From Candidatus Marinacidobacterales bacterium (GTDB lineage Bacteria; Acidobacteriota; Vicinamibacteria; Marinacidobacterales; SMYC01), in assembly GCA_965237955.1 (NCBI GenBank), contig OZ250169.1:1600001-1664000 (forward strand): a DNA stretch of 64,000 nt, in the 5' to 3' direction. Positions 22,872-33,439 of this stretch are shown piece after piece (position 1 is the stretch's first letter; each line of letters opens with the position of its first letter). Made by a program: the position numbers and the translations under genes. The notes beneath the pieces were generated by a model. The model did not search any database. It worked only from the letters and a program-made list of their open reading frames with translations, and was not told where the DNA came from.

Positions 22872-23666
22872 ATGAGCCGTCAGGATATTCTCGACACGAC
22901 CCGCGAAGGGTCCGTCGAGCGACAGCTCTTCGACCAAATCGACTTCGAGCGGATTCCGCGCCACGTCGCCATCATCATGGATGGCAATGGGCGTTGGGCC
23001 AAAGGCCAAGGCCTTCCCCGCGTCGAAGGCCACCGCGCCGGGATCGCCTCCGTCCGCGAGACCGTCGAGACGTGCGCACGTTTGGATATCCCGGTCTTGA
23101 CGCTGTACGCGTTCTCCGTCGAAAACTGGAAGCGCCCGCGGAGCGAAGTCGACGTCCTGATGATGCTGTTGAAGCAGTACCTTCGTCTCGAGCTCTCGAC
23201 ATTGATGAAGAACGATATTCGCTTCCAGGTCTTAGGGCGCATGCCGGATCTTCCCGACGACGTGGTGTCGGAGCTCGAAGCGGGTATGGAGCAGACGCGT
23301 GACAACCGCGGCCTTCTCTTCAACATCGCGTTGAACTACGGCGGGCGGGCCGAGATCGTTGACGCGTGCCAACGCATCGTCGACGAGGCGGTGGCGAAAG
23401 GCGAGGCGCCTATTATCGATGAAGCTTTCTTCTCGCGGCATCTCTATACGTCCGGTGTCGTCGATCCGGATTTGCTGATCCGCACGAGCGGCGAGCTCCG
23501 TGTCTCGAACTTCCTCCTGTGGCAGATCGCGTACGCCGAAATCTGGGTTACTGACACGTTGTGGCCGGAATTTCGAAAACGCGAGCTCTTCGAAGCCATC
23601 ATCGCTTATCAGAAGCGCGACCGGCGCTACGGCGGCATTGCCACGAAGGCACGCAGCACCGCCTGA
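22872..23666 (+). CDS. uppS: Undecaprenyl diphosphate synthase (isoprenyl transferase)
   Basis: HVAIIMDGNGRWA, YAFSVENWKRP, PDLLIRTSGELRVSNFLLWQ. Confidence 0.97.
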   Translation: MSRQDILDTTREGSVERQLFDQIDFERIPRHVAIIMDGNGRWAKGQGLPRVEGHRAGIASVRETVETCARLDIPVLTLYAFSVENWKRPRSEVDVLMMLLKQYLRLELSTLMKNDIRFQVLGRMPDLPDDVVSELEAGMEQTRDNRGLLFNIALNYGGRAEIVDACQRIVDEAVAKGEAPIIDEAFFSRHLYTSGVVDPDLLIRTSGELRVSNFLLWQIAYAEIWVTDTLWPEFRKRELFEAIIAYQKRDRRYGGIATKARSTA

Positions 23667-23686
23667 GGTCCCGAGCGCCTGAGAGT

Positions 23687-24487
23687 ATGAGACGGCTTGT
23701 CACGGCGGCCGTCGCCGTTCCTCTTCTCCTGCTCGTCATTCTGCGCGGTCCGGCGTCGCTGTTCCTCGTCTTGGTGGTCGTGTTCGCGCTCGCCTGTTTT
23801 TGGGAGCTCTCCAAGATGCTGAAGAGCTCGGACTCGGACAAAACGCTCTTACCGGTCGGGTACGTCGCCACCGGTCTTGTGACCGCGTCGTTCTACTTCC
23901 CGCGATTGTCGTTCATGCACGCGAGCCTCATCGCGTTATTGCTCATCGGCGTCGGCGTGGTGGTGCATCGGCGACCCGAGCCGGACAATCTCGTCGCAGC
24001 GATGGGGACGGTGTTCGCGACGTTCTACGTCGGAGCCCTTCTCGGAAGCCTCGTCGGACTACGGATGGTGGAGCCCGATCCGGACGGACGCCGCTGGGTC
24101 GTGTTCCTGATGACCGTCGTCTTCGTCGGCGATGCCGGCGCGTACTACGTCGGCAAGTCTGTCGGAAAACACGCGCTCGCCCCGCGATTGAGCCCCAAGA
24201 AAACGATGGAGGGTCTCGCGGGAGACGTCGTGTTCGCGATGGCGATGGCGGTCGTGCTCAACGAGCTCTGGTTCCCGGGATTGCCCATCGCCACCGTGGC
24301 GGGTCTGGGTGTGGTGCTGTCGCTTCTAGGCGTCGGCGGCGACCTGTTCGAGTCATTCCTGAAACGCTCGGCCGAGGTAAAAGACACGTCGTCCCTCATT
24401 CCGGGCCACGGGGGCGTGTTGGATCGTGTGGACTCCGTATTGTTTGCGGCACCAGCTTTACTGCTATGCGTTTGGTGGTTTCTTTGA
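23687..24487 (+). CDS. cdsA: Phosphatidate cytidylyltransferase
   Basis: DAGAYYVG, SPKKT.EG, GDLFESFLKR...KD...IPGHGGVLDR.DS. Confidence 0.95.
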   Translation: MRRLVTAAVAVPLLLLVILRGPASLFLVLVVVFALACFWELSKMLKSSDSDKTLLPVGYVATGLVTASFYFPRLSFMHASLIALLLIGVGVVVHRRPEPDNLVAAMGTVFATFYVGALLGSLVGLRMVEPDPDGRRWVVFLMTVVFVGDAGAYYVGKSVGKHALAPRLSPKKTMEGLAGDVVFAMAMAVVLNELWFPGLPIATVAGLGVVLSLLGVGGDLFESFLKRSAEVKDTSSLIPGHGGVLDRVDSVLFAAPALLLCVWWFL

Positions 24488-24634
24488 TCAGCATTCAGCC
24501 GATTCGCGTCGTGCCTGTAACAGGGGAGTAACTTACCGGCAGAACGGTGCTCGATATGCGAACGACGCAATTTACTGGCAGGGCGTGGAGTGGACTGGAT
24601 GCTGGATGCTGAATGCTGGGCTAGAATAGAAACC

Positions 24635-25801
24635 GTGAGAGGCATTTCCATCCTTGGGTCCACGGGATCCATTGGCACCAATACCTTGCGGGTGATCGAT
24701 CGCTTTCCCGAGCGGTTTCGAGTGGTCGGTCTTGCTGCGGGACGCCGTGTCGACGAGCTCGGCGATCAAATCGCGAAGTACCGGCCGGCCATCGTCAGTG
24801 TGGCGAGCGCTGAGCTTGCCGAAACCCTGAGCCGTGACTTTCCCGATGTCGAGGTCCGGTGCGGAGTCGAGGGGCTCGTCGACGTTGCGACGCACACGGA
24901 TGCGGACTTCGTCATGTCGGCGACCGTGGGCGCGGTCGGTCTCGTGCCGACGCTTTCCGCCATCGAATCCGGAAAGACGGTGGGACTCGCGAACAAAGAG
25001 ACGCTGGTGATGGCGGGCGAGCTCATGATGCGCGCCGCGGCGGCGGCAGGAAACGCTCTTCTTCCCGTGGACAGCGAGCACAACGCCATCCACCAATGCC
25101 TCGACGGTCGCAAGCAACCGGTGAAACGCATCTGGCTCACCGCTTCCGGCGGTCCGTTCCGCACCGCCAGCCGGGAAGAAATGCGCGACGCGACCCCAAA
25201 AAGGGCGCTCGAGCATCCGACGTGGAAGATGGGACCCAAAATCACCATCGACTCCGCGACGATGATGAACAAAGGGCTCGAGATTATCGAAGCGCATTGG
25301 CTTTTCGACGTTCGGCCGGAGCAGGTCCGCGTCGTGGTGCACCCGCAGTCGACGATCCATTCGATGGTCGAGCTAGAAGACGGTTCGTTCATCGCACAAC
25401 TCGGCGTGACCGACATGCGGCTCCCGATCCAATACGCGTTGACGTACCCTGAGCGTCTCGACGTGGGTCTTCCGCCCATGGATCTGGATGCGCCCATGCG
25501 ACTCGATCTCGAGCCGCCCGACTTCGAGCGCTTCAAATGCCTCGCGCTCGCCTATGAAGCCCTCGACGCCGGCGGAACCGCACCGGCGGCGCTCAACGCC
25601 GCCAACGAAGTTGCCGTCGCCGCGTTTCTCGACGAGCGCATCGGTTTTCTCACGATTCCGGAAATTTTGGAAGAAACCCTTTCACGTCACGATCCCCTTC
25701 CCGTACGTGATCTCAAGACCGTGCTCGAGGCTGATCAATGGGCGCGCACGGAGGCCGAGCGGCTCATCCGTTCGCCCGTCATGACGCCTTCGACTCGATG
25801 A
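24635..25801 (+). CDS. dxr: 1-deoxy-D-xylulose-5-phosphate reductoisomerase
   Basis: LGSTGSIG, LANKE, PVDSEH, TASGGPF, HPTWKMG, NKGLE. Confidence 0.97.
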   Translation: MRGISILGSTGSIGTNTLRVIDRFPERFRVVGLAAGRRVDELGDQIAKYRPAIVSVASAELAETLSRDFPDVEVRCGVEGLVDVATHTDADFVMSATVGAVGLVPTLSAIESGKTVGLANKETLVMAGELMMRAAAAAGNALLPVDSEHNAIHQCLDGRKQPVKRIWLTASGGPFRTASREEMRDATPKRALEHPTWKMGPKITIDSATMMNKGLEIIEAHWLFDVRPEQVRVVVHPQSTIHSMVELEDGSFIAQLGVTDMRLPIQYALTYPERLDVGLPPMDLDAPMRLDLEPPDFERFKCLALAYEALDAGGTAPAALNAANEVAVAAFLDERIGFLTIPEILEETLSRHDPLPVRDLKTVLEADQWARTEAERLIRSPVMTPSTR

Positions 25802-25808
25802 CGACACT

Positions 25809-27125
25809 ATGACCACGCTACTAGCTTTCATCTTCGTCCTTGGGGTTCTCGTATTCGTCCACGAGGCGGGTCACTTCCTCACCGCCAAGTGGGTCGGCGT
25901 ACGCGTGAAGGTGTTCTCTCTCGGCTTTCCCCCCAAGATAATAGGACGGACCTGGGGCGATACCGAGTACCGCATCGGCGCGCTCCCGCTCGGCGGTTAC
26001 GTCAAGATGGCGGGAGACAACCCGTTGGAGGCGACCGGGGACCCCGAAGAGTTCATGAGTCGCTCCAAATGGGAACGGTTGGCGATTCTCTTCGCCGGCC
26101 CGGTGATGAACCTCGTCCTCGCCGTCCTCATCCTGACGGTGTTGTTCATGGTCGGCATCGACCGGCCGGCCGGGCTCGACGATCCCGCGGTGGTGCGCTT
26201 CGTCGCCGAAGACTCGGCCGCAAGCCGTGCCGGCCTCGAACCGGGTGACCAGATCGTCGCCATCGACGGCGCACCGATCGAGAACTGGCGCGACGCCCTC
26301 GACGACTTCCTCGTGAGCGCGAACGAAACGTTGACCGTCAGCTTGCTTCGAGACGGAGAGACGATCGAACGCGACGTCATCGTCGAAGCACGCGGCGAGG
26401 ATGAGATCGGATACGCGGGTGTGTTCCCGGCCGTCCAACCTCAAGTTCTTAGGTTGCGCGAAGACTTTCCCGCTGAGCGCGCGGGCATGCAACCAGACGA
26501 CGTCATCACCAAAGTCGACGGCGCTCCGATCTTCTATTACACCGAGCTCATCGACGCCATCGAAGCGCGTGATGGGGCGCCGGTGCTCATCGGAGTTCTG
26601 CGCGTCGACGAGACCCTCGAGTTCGACCTCACGCCCCAAAAAGACGGCGACCGGTGGCTCATCGGAATCGAGTTCAATCCTTCACCGACGGTGATCTATC
26701 AAGTCTCGAATCCGGCGCTCGCGTTCGCCGCGGCGCTCGGGGAGACGGAGCGCTTCACGCGCCTGACGTTCATCGTCCTCGGAAGGCTCCTCACCGGACG
26801 CGCGTCGGTCAACACGTTGTCCGGACCCATCGGTATCGCGGAGGCTTCAGGTGAGACCGCCCGCCGTGGCCCACGGCAGCTGTTCATGTTCATGGCGTTT
26901 TTGAGCTTGAACCTTGGTATCTTGAACTTGCTCCCCATCCCCCTCCTCGACGGCGGGCACATGGCGGTCATCGCCATCGAAGGACTCGCGGGCCGTGACT
27001 TCAGCCTTCGCGCCAAAGAACGCATCCTCCAAGTCGGCTTCGTGATGCTGATGCTTCTGATGGTCACGGTCATATACGTCGACCTTTCCAAGATCGATTC
27101 GATCGGTAAATATTTGCCGTGGTAG
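25809..27125 (+). CDS. rseP: RIP metalloprotease RseP
   Basis: HEAGH, PLGGYVKM, two PDZ domains, NLLPIPLLDGGH. Confidence 0.95.
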   Translation: MTTLLAFIFVLGVLVFVHEAGHFLTAKWVGVRVKVFSLGFPPKIIGRTWGDTEYRIGALPLGGYVKMAGDNPLEATGDPEEFMSRSKWERLAILFAGPVMNLVLAVLILTVLFMVGIDRPAGLDDPAVVRFVAEDSAASRAGLEPGDQIVAIDGAPIENWRDALDDFLVSANETLTVSLLRDGETIERDVIVEARGEDEIGYAGVFPAVQPQVLRLREDFPAERAGMQPDDVITKVDGAPIFYYTELIDAIEARDGAPVLIGVLRVDETLEFDLTPQKDGDRWLIGIEFNPSPTVIYQVSNPALAFAAALGETERFTRLTFIVLGRLLTGRASVNTLSGPIGIAEASGETARRGPRQLFMFMAFLSLNLGILNLLPIPLLDGGHMAVIAIEGLAGRDFSLRAKERILQVGFVMLMLLMVTVIYVDLSKIDSIGKYLPW

Positions 27126-27203
27126 GGAGATCACGACGGCGATCCGCCGTCCGCCATCGGCCATCAGCCGTCAGCCCTGCGGTCTGATAACGTTCTCAGC
27201 CTT

Positions 27204-28313
27204 ATGAAGATCGAGTCCATCGTTATTCACGAGGTGAAGCTCGACCTCAAGCATTTTTTCGAGACCAGCTTTGCTCGTGTCACCTACGAGCATTTCCTGC
27301 TCCTTCAAGTGACCGTCGACGGCGTCACCGGATGGAGTGAATGCGTTGCTTCCGAGGCGCCCACTTATTCATCCGAGACGGTGAAGACGGCGCTTCACGC
27401 CATCGAAGACTTCATTGCTCCTCATGTGTTCGCGCGCGACTACGACCACCCCGACGACATTCTCCCGTCGCTCCACCACGTGCGCGGCCACAACATGGCG
27501 AAGGCCGCCGTGGAAATGGGGATGTGGGAAGCGTATGCGCGCATGCGCGGCGAGTCTCTTTCGGAAGCCCTCGGCGGCACACGCACCGAGATTGCGTCCG
27601 GCGTTTCCATTGGCATCCAGGACAGCGTCGACCAACTCCTCGACAAGATCGCACAAGAGCTCGCAGACGGCTATCGTCGCATCAAGATGAAGATCAAGCC
27701 CGGGTGGGATCTCGACGTCGTTCGCCAGGTGCGCGCGCGGTTTCCCGACACCCTCCTGATGGTCGACGCCAACAGCGCCTACTCGCTCGCCGACGTCGCG
27801 CTCTTTCAAAAGATGGACGAGCTCGATTTCATGATGATCGAACAACCCCTCCACTACCAGGATATGTGGGATCACGCCAAGCTCCAGAAAGAGATCCGCA
27901 CTCCCGTTTGTCTCGATGAGTCCATCCATTCGGTCGAGGACGCCCGGCGAGCGATCGAGATGGAAGCGACGCGCATCATCAACATCAAAGCGGGCCGTGT
28001 GGGTGGCCTTTCGAGTGCGCGCGCGATCCAAAAGCTCGCGGAAGACCACGGCATCCCCGTATGGTGTGGCGGGATGCTCGAAAGCGGCATCGGCCGCGCC
28101 CACAACGTGCACTTGTCGACGCTTTCGAATTTCACGTTGCCGGGAGACGTCGCCGACTCCAAGCGCTACTTCGTCGAAGAGCTCATCGAGCCGCGCGTCG
28201 AGGTTCGCCCCGACGGAACGATCGAAGTCCCGACGGGACCGGGAATCGGGTATGAGATCCAAGAAGATCGGATTGCGAAGCACCGGATCTCGAAGCGAGT
28301 GTTGGAGCCGTAG
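27204..28313 (+). CDS. menC: o-succinylbenzoate synthase / N-acylamino acid racemase (enolase superfamily)
   Basis: KMKIKPG, MVDANSAY, IEQPL, CLDESI, INIKAGRVGG, WCGGMLE. Confidence 0.85.
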   Translation: MKIESIVIHEVKLDLKHFFETSFARVTYEHFLLLQVTVDGVTGWSECVASEAPTYSSETVKTALHAIEDFIAPHVFARDYDHPDDILPSLHHVRGHNMAKAAVEMGMWEAYARMRGESLSEALGGTRTEIASGVSIGIQDSVDQLLDKIAQELADGYRRIKMKIKPGWDLDVVRQVRARFPDTLLMVDANSAYSLADVALFQKMDELDFMMIEQPLHYQDMWDHAKLQKEIRTPVCLDESIHSVEDARRAIEMEATRIINIKAGRVGGLSSARAIQKLAEDHGIPVWCGGMLESGIGRAHNVHLSTLSNFTLPGDVADSKRYFVEELIEPRVEVRPDGTIEVPTGPGIGYEIQEDRIAKHRISKRVLEP

Positions 28314-28345
28314 CTCCCGTGCCCTTGCCTTTGCCCCTCCCCGTT
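28314..28345. repeat. Left arm only of a gcccct-family palindromic repeat, cut by the IS
   Basis: ctcccgtgcccttgcctttgcccctccccgtt resembles the left arm of the element at 59272-59425. Confidence 0.6.
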
Positions 28346-29431
28346 GCCTTGGTGCACAACTCCGATAGAGGCCGATAGCTCGCTTGGCCCCGACTCCCAT
28401 CATCCGATCATCTCGCTATCAGGCATCCCGAGCGCCGTCATCGTGTTGAGAATCTTGCACCCGATCCTTGCCTCGACTCTCTGTGCCGCCAACCCTCTCG
28501 CTCGCATCGCTGAGCCCACGATAGCCTTGTAGCGATGGAACGTTGTCTCGACTTTGCTCCGTTTGCTGTAGCCCGATTCTGTGTGCCACTTTCGTTTGCC
28601 GAGCCGAGCTTGTGCTGCAATGTTGCGATTGCGCTGTCGGCTGCTCGCCGGCCCCGATGCGAGCTGGGCGCCCTTGCGCGGCGGTATCAGCACCCTCGGC
28701 GAGCGATGAGCGCTGTGATTCTCGATCGCCTCATAGACGCCGCCGGCGTCGTATGCGGTGTCAGCTCTGGCCGATGAGATGGGACTGTCGATCTGTCCGA
28801 CAAGCGATGCAACCCGCGATGAATCGCGGGCTCTTTTGCTCGTCAGCTCGCCGGCAACGACTTCGCCAGTCTGCTCGTCGACACACAGATGGAGCTTGCG
28901 ATAGTCCCTGCTCTTTGGTGCTCTGCGCAGCTGGCCGGCGTGGACAGCGAGACCGCTGCTGTCGATCAAGATGTGCAACGGCGTCTTGTGCTTGTCTTGG
29001 TAGAAGGGGACCTTACCCAGCTTCGCCTTGCGCCTCGAAATCGTGGTGTGATCGGGCACATCATGGTCTAGCTTCATCAGAGCGAACAACGATCGCAGCA
29101 ATCCCTCGCTCTGCCTAGATGACAGATGAAACACCATGCCCAGGGTGACAGCCGTCTCGATGGCGTGGTTCGAGTACTTGCGTTGACGGCCCGGTTTCCT
29201 CCTCCTCGGCCGGGGCGCGTCCCAGTTCACAAGCTTGCCGGCGGTGAGCGAGATCCAGACGGTCAGGCTCCCACGGTTGCGTAGACCCGCCTCATATTCA
29301 CGCCAATTCCTCACGCGATAGGCCTTCTTCACATACTTCCTCTGAGTGCGTTTGAAAATGCTCATGGGGAACTTCGAATCCGTGAGTAAAGGACAATTGT
29401 GGACCGAGATCGCGAGTTGTGCACCAAGGCA
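28345..29431 (-). mobile_element. IS5 family (IS903-like) insertion sequence, about 1.09 kb
   Basis: Perfect 18-bp terminal inverted repeats tgccttggtgcacaactc / gagttgtgcaccaaggca; no matching flanking direct repeat. Confidence 0.9.
28400..29365 (-). CDS. IS5 family DDE transposase
   Basis: YRVRNWREYEAGLRNRGSLTVW, PDHTTISRR, IDSSGL, RKLHL, D.AYD, Y..RS.VET.F.R.K. Confidence 0.93.
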   Translation of the reverse strand: MSIFKRTQRKYVKKAYRVRNWREYEAGLRNRGSLTVWISLTAGKLVNWDAPRPRRRKPGRQRKYSNHAIETAVTLGMVFHLSSRQSEGLLRSLFALMKLDHDVPDHTTISRRKAKLGKVPFYQDKHKTPLHILIDSSGLAVHAGQLRRAPKSRDYRKLHLCVDEQTGEVVAGELTSKRARDSSRVASLVGQIDSPISSARADTAYDAGGVYEAIENHSAHRSPRVLIPPRKGAQLASGPASSRQRNRNIAAQARLGKRKWHTESGYSKRSKVETTFHRYKAIVGSAMRARGLAAQRVEARIGCKILNTMTALGMPDSEMIG

Positions 29432-29929
29432 TCTTGCCGGCGAGATCGGCGATGGCGTGTTGCCCTTCTGTTTCCGCCTGAGCACTACTTCACGGTAAAG
29501 CCTCTCCTCGAGGAAGGGGCTCGTGCTCGCGACGCGTCGCTCGGCGAGATCGATTTCGCCGCGTGTCTATGGGTGTCGTTGTCGAGCGACGGCGACGCTG
29601 CCCGCTGTGCTCTTGCCGAGAAGATTGCGTACTATGGAGCATCACTTTCACCACTCATTCTCGAAAGGCTGTCTTTGACGCGAGACGATTTCGTTGCCAT
29701 CGACCGCGCCGTGCACCACGAGCGCGACATGGACAAAGCATGCTCCCTCGTCGACGAGCGCATGTTGCGCATCGGTGTCACCGGCAAGCCCAAAGACCTG
29801 ATTGACCGCCTCGAGCCGCTCGTAGAAGCGGGCGCGCGGCATTTGAGCTTCGGGCCGCCGCTCGGACCGGACCCCCTCGAAGCGGTCCGGCTTCTCGGCC
29901 GGGTCGTGCTTCCCTACTTTCGCTCTTGA
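29432..29929 (+). pseudogene. C-terminal fragment of an LLM-class flavin/F420-dependent oxidoreductase (Mer-like), 5' part missing
   Basis: Begins directly at the IS end: LAGEIGDGVL (frameshift) LFPPEHY...GARHLSFGPPLGPDPLEAVRLLG..VLPYF. Confidence 0.75.
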
Positions 29930-29959
29930 TGACAAGATTCTACTGAGCAAGCACCGCAC

Positions 29960-31573
29960 ATGTCGTTACTTCGATCTCAGATCAAGACGCGCTCCGACGA
30001 GTACCGTCAAAATTTCGATGCCAACCGTGCGCTCAACGAAGATCTCGCGCGCAAGCTCGACGAGGTCCGCACCGGCGGTAGCGCGCGCGCACGTCAACGA
30101 CATCGAGAGCAGGGAAAGCTGTTCGTGCGCGATCGCATCGCAACGCTCATCGACGAGGGCACACCGTTTCTCGAGCTGAGCGCGCTCGCCGGACACGAGC
30201 TCTACGACGATGTGGTTCCAGCGGGCGGGCTCGTCACCGGCATCGGGCTCGTTCGCGGACGTCAATGCATGATTGTCGCGAACGACGCCACCGTGAAAGG
30301 CGGGACCTACTATCCCATCACCGTCAAAAAGCACCTGCGTGCGCAGGAAATAGCTCTCGAAAATCGTCTAACCTGCATCTACCTCGTGGACAGCGGCGGC
30401 GCGTTCCTGCCGAAACAAGACGAAGTCTTTCCCGACCGCGAGCACTTTGGTCGTATCTTTCGAAACCAAGCGGTGTTGAGTGCGGCGCGCATCCCCCAAC
30501 TTTCCGCGGTGATGGGGACGTGCACCGCTGGCGGGGCGTACGTGCCCGCGATGAGCGATCAGTCGGTGATCGTCAACGGTACGGGAACGATCTTCCTCGC
30601 GGGTCCGCCGTTGGTAAAAGCCGCGACCGGCGAGGACGTGTCGGCGGAAGAGCTCGGCGGCGCGCGCGTTCACACCGAAGTTTCCGGCGTCGCCGACCAC
30701 TTCGCCGAGGACGACGAGCACGCGCTCGAGATTCTTCGAGAGGTCGTCGGTCACCTCGGAGCGCGACCCGAGACTGAGGCTGCCACGCGTTTCGAATCGC
30801 CCGAGCCGCCCGCCTACGATCCCGAGGAGATTTTGGGCGTGTGGCCACGCGACTCGAGACGGCAGGTCGACGTCCGTGAAGTGATCGCGCGCCTCGTCGA
30901 CGGCAGTCTCTTTTTCGAGTTCAAGAAGCGCTACGCGACGACGCTCGTCGCCGGCTTTGCGCATATCGAAGGCATGCGTGTGGGCATCATCGCGAACAAC
31001 GGGGTTCTTTTCAGCGAAAGCGCTTTGAAGGCAACGCACTTCATCGAGCTTTGCACCACCGAAAAAATTCCCATCCTGTTCGTGCAAAACATCACCGGCT
31101 TCATGGTCGGCGCGCAGTACGAGCGTGGCGGCATCGCCAAAGACGGCGCCAAGATGGTGCACGCGGTCGCGACCGCGCGCGTGCCCAAGTTGACGCTCAT
31201 CGTCGGCGGGAGCTTCGGCGCCGGTAACTACGGCATGTGCGGGCGCGCCTACGATCCTCGCTTTCTATGGACGTGGCCGACGAGTCGCATCTCCGTCATG
31301 GGAGGGGAGCAAGCGGCTCAAGTTCTGGTGACCGTCAAACGCGATCAACGTGCCCGCAAGAACGAGACACTCACCAGCGACGAAGCCGAGGCGATTGCCG
31401 GGCCCATCCGCGCCAAGTACGAGCGGGAGGGTCATCCTTACTATGCGTCGGCCCGGCTCTGGGATGACGGCGTCGTCGACATGCGGGCGACGCGGACGAC
31501 GCTGGCGTTGAGCCTGGCGACGGTGTTGGGCGCGCCCATCGAGGACACCAGGGTCGGCGTCTTCCGGATGTAA
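29960..31573 (+). CDS. Methylcrotonyl-/geranyl-CoA carboxylase carboxyltransferase subunit (LiuB/AtuC-like)
   Basis: [56 protein letters not shown]. Confidence 0.92.
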   Translation: MSLLRSQIKTRSDEYRQNFDANRALNEDLARKLDEVRTGGSARARQRHREQGKLFVRDRIATLIDEGTPFLELSALAGHELYDDVVPAGGLVTGIGLVRGRQCMIVANDATVKGGTYYPITVKKHLRAQEIALENRLTCIYLVDSGGAFLPKQDEVFPDREHFGRIFRNQAVLSAARIPQLSAVMGTCTAGGAYVPAMSDQSVIVNGTGTIFLAGPPLVKAATGEDVSAEELGGARVHTEVSGVADHFAEDDEHALEILREVVGHLGARPETEAATRFESPEPPAYDPEEILGVWPRDSRRQVDVREVIARLVDGSLFFEFKKRYATTLVAGFAHIEGMRVGIIANNGVLFSESALKATHFIELCTTEKIPILFVQNITGFMVGAQYERGGIAKDGAKMVHAVATARVPKLTLIVGGSFGAGNYGMCGRAYDPRFLWTWPTSRISVMGGEQAAQVLVTVKRDQRARKNETLTSDEAEAIAGPIRAKYEREGHPYYASARLWDDGVVDMRATRTTLALSLATVLGAPIEDTRVGVFRM

Positions 31574-31576
31574 GTG

Positions 31577-33439
31577 ATGCCTAGGAAAACCACTCTGAGA
31601 ATCGCCAACGCCGGCGGCTACTGGGGCGACGATCCTTACGCGATGCGCCGCCAGGTGACAGGTGAGCTCCCCATCGACTACGTGACGATGGATTTTCTTG
31701 CCGAGATCACGATGAGCATTCTGCAAAAGCAGTTCGCCCGCGATGCGAGTGCGGGCTACGCGCGGGATTTCATCGCTCAAATCGATCCGTTGCTCGAGGA
31801 GATCTTGGAGCGCGGCATCAAGCTCATCACCAACGCGGGCGGCGTCAACCCCAAAGCGTGCGCCGACGCCCTGTTCGACGTCGCCGGCTCGCGCGGTCTC
31901 TCTCTCAAAGTCGCTGTCGTCGGTGGAGACGACGTGCGTCCGCGGCTCGACGAGCTCACGCTCGACAACATGGAGACGGGCGAGAGCTTGAATAACTATG
32001 GCGACGATTACCGGGACAAAGTCTTGTCGGCCAACGCGTACTTCGGCGCGATGCCGGTCGTCGAAGCTTTGAAAGAAGACCCCGACATCGTTTTGTCGGG
32101 TCGTGTGACCGATACCGGCATCACCCTCGCTGCGCTCATCCACGAGTTCGACTGGAGTGCCGACGACTATGACCGTCTCGCGCAAGGCATCGTCGCCTCG
32201 CATCTCATCGAGTGCGGCGCTCAGGCGAGTGGAGGGAACTTCACCGATTGGAAAAAAGTAACCAGCTACATCGACGTGGGTTTTCCCATCGTGGAGTTCG
32301 AGCCGGACGGCACGTTCGTTTTGACGAAGCATCCCGGCTCGGGCGGGCTGGTGTCGCTCCAGACTGTGCGCGAGCAGTTTTTATACGAGATGGGGCATCC
32401 CCAGGTGTACATCACGCCCGACTGCATCGCCGATTTCACTACGATGACGCTCGAGGCCGATGGCGACAATCGCGTTCGCGTTCGAGGCGCTAAAGGTGCA
32501 GCACCGACGGATCTTCTCAAGGTCAGTGCGGCGCTCGAGGACGGGTTCAAATCGGCGGGAAGTCTCATCATCTCGGGACCCGATCCACGAGCCAAGGCCG
32601 AGACCTTCGCCGAGATTTTCTGGACACGACTCGGTGCTGAGCTCGAGCGCGAGGGCTTGGCCCCGTTCGAAGCCACGCACACCGAGTACATCGGCGACGA
32701 CAGCACCCACCGTAGCCTCACTCCCGAGCACCACGTCACCGAGATACTGTTGCGTCTCGCAGCGCGCGATCGCGACAAACGGAAGCTCCAAATATTTCGG
32801 GAGCTTCTGCCGAGTCTCATCTTGAGTGGTCCGGCCGGAGTCGCGGTGACCGGTGGCGCTCCCGCGATCTCGAACGTGGTGCGGTACTGGCCCGCTCTCA
32901 TTCCGCAAGAGAATGCCCCCGCGAGTGTCGCGGTTTACGCGGACGGCGAGCTCGTCTCGTCGAAAGACGGTATCGAGTGGCCGAAGACGGGTGGCGTTTC
33001 CGAGCCGGTGAGACCGCTCGAGGATCCCTACCCGGAATCGCTCGTCGATGCGCTCGGCGGAGACGACATCACGGTGCCACTCATGGCGCTAGCACACGCC
33101 CGAAGCGGCGACAAAGGTGATACCGCGAACGTCGGGCTCATCGGACGCAGTGCCGCATGTTATGCGTGGCTCCGAGACAACGTGAGCGCCGAGCGGGTGC
33201 GCGGTTGGTTCGAAGATAGCGTTCACGGTGAGGTGCATCGCTATCTGGTGCCCAATCTCCTTGCGCTCAACTTTCTTCTCGATGAATCGCTCGGAGGCGG
33301 CGGTACAGTGAGTCTTCATACAGACGCGCAAGGCAAGACTTACGGTCAGGCACTTTTGCGGTGCCGTGTCAACGTGCCCTCTGATCTTCTCGACACTATC
33401 GCCGACGCCGACAAGCCGACGTCCTCGGAGCTTTCGTGA
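31577..33439 (+). CDS. Acyclic terpene utilization AtuA family protein
   Basis: RIANAGGYWGD, DFLAEITM, NAGGVNP, GRVTD, HLIECG, ARSGDKGD, D.QGK. Confidence 0.88.
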   Translation: MPRKTTLRIANAGGYWGDDPYAMRRQVTGELPIDYVTMDFLAEITMSILQKQFARDASAGYARDFIAQIDPLLEEILERGIKLITNAGGVNPKACADALFDVAGSRGLSLKVAVVGGDDVRPRLDELTLDNMETGESLNNYGDDYRDKVLSANAYFGAMPVVEALKEDPDIVLSGRVTDTGITLAALIHEFDWSADDYDRLAQGIVASHLIECGAQASGGNFTDWKKVTSYIDVGFPIVEFEPDGTFVLTKHPGSGGLVSLQTVREQFLYEMGHPQVYITPDCIADFTTMTLEADGDNRVRVRGAKGAAPTDLLKVSAALEDGFKSAGSLIISGPDPRAKAETFAEIFWTRLGAELEREGLAPFEATHTEYIGDDSTHRSLTPEHHVTEILLRLAARDRDKRKLQIFRELLPSLILSGPAGVAVTGGAPAISNVVRYWPALIPQENAPASVAVYADGELVSSKDGIEWPKTGGVSEPVRPLEDPYPESLVDALGGDDITVPLMALAHARSGDKGDTANVGLIGRSAACYAWLRDNVSAERVRGWFEDSVHGEVHRYLVPNLLALNFLLDESLGGGGTVSLHTDAQGKTYGQALLRCRVNVPSDLLDTIADADKPTSSELS

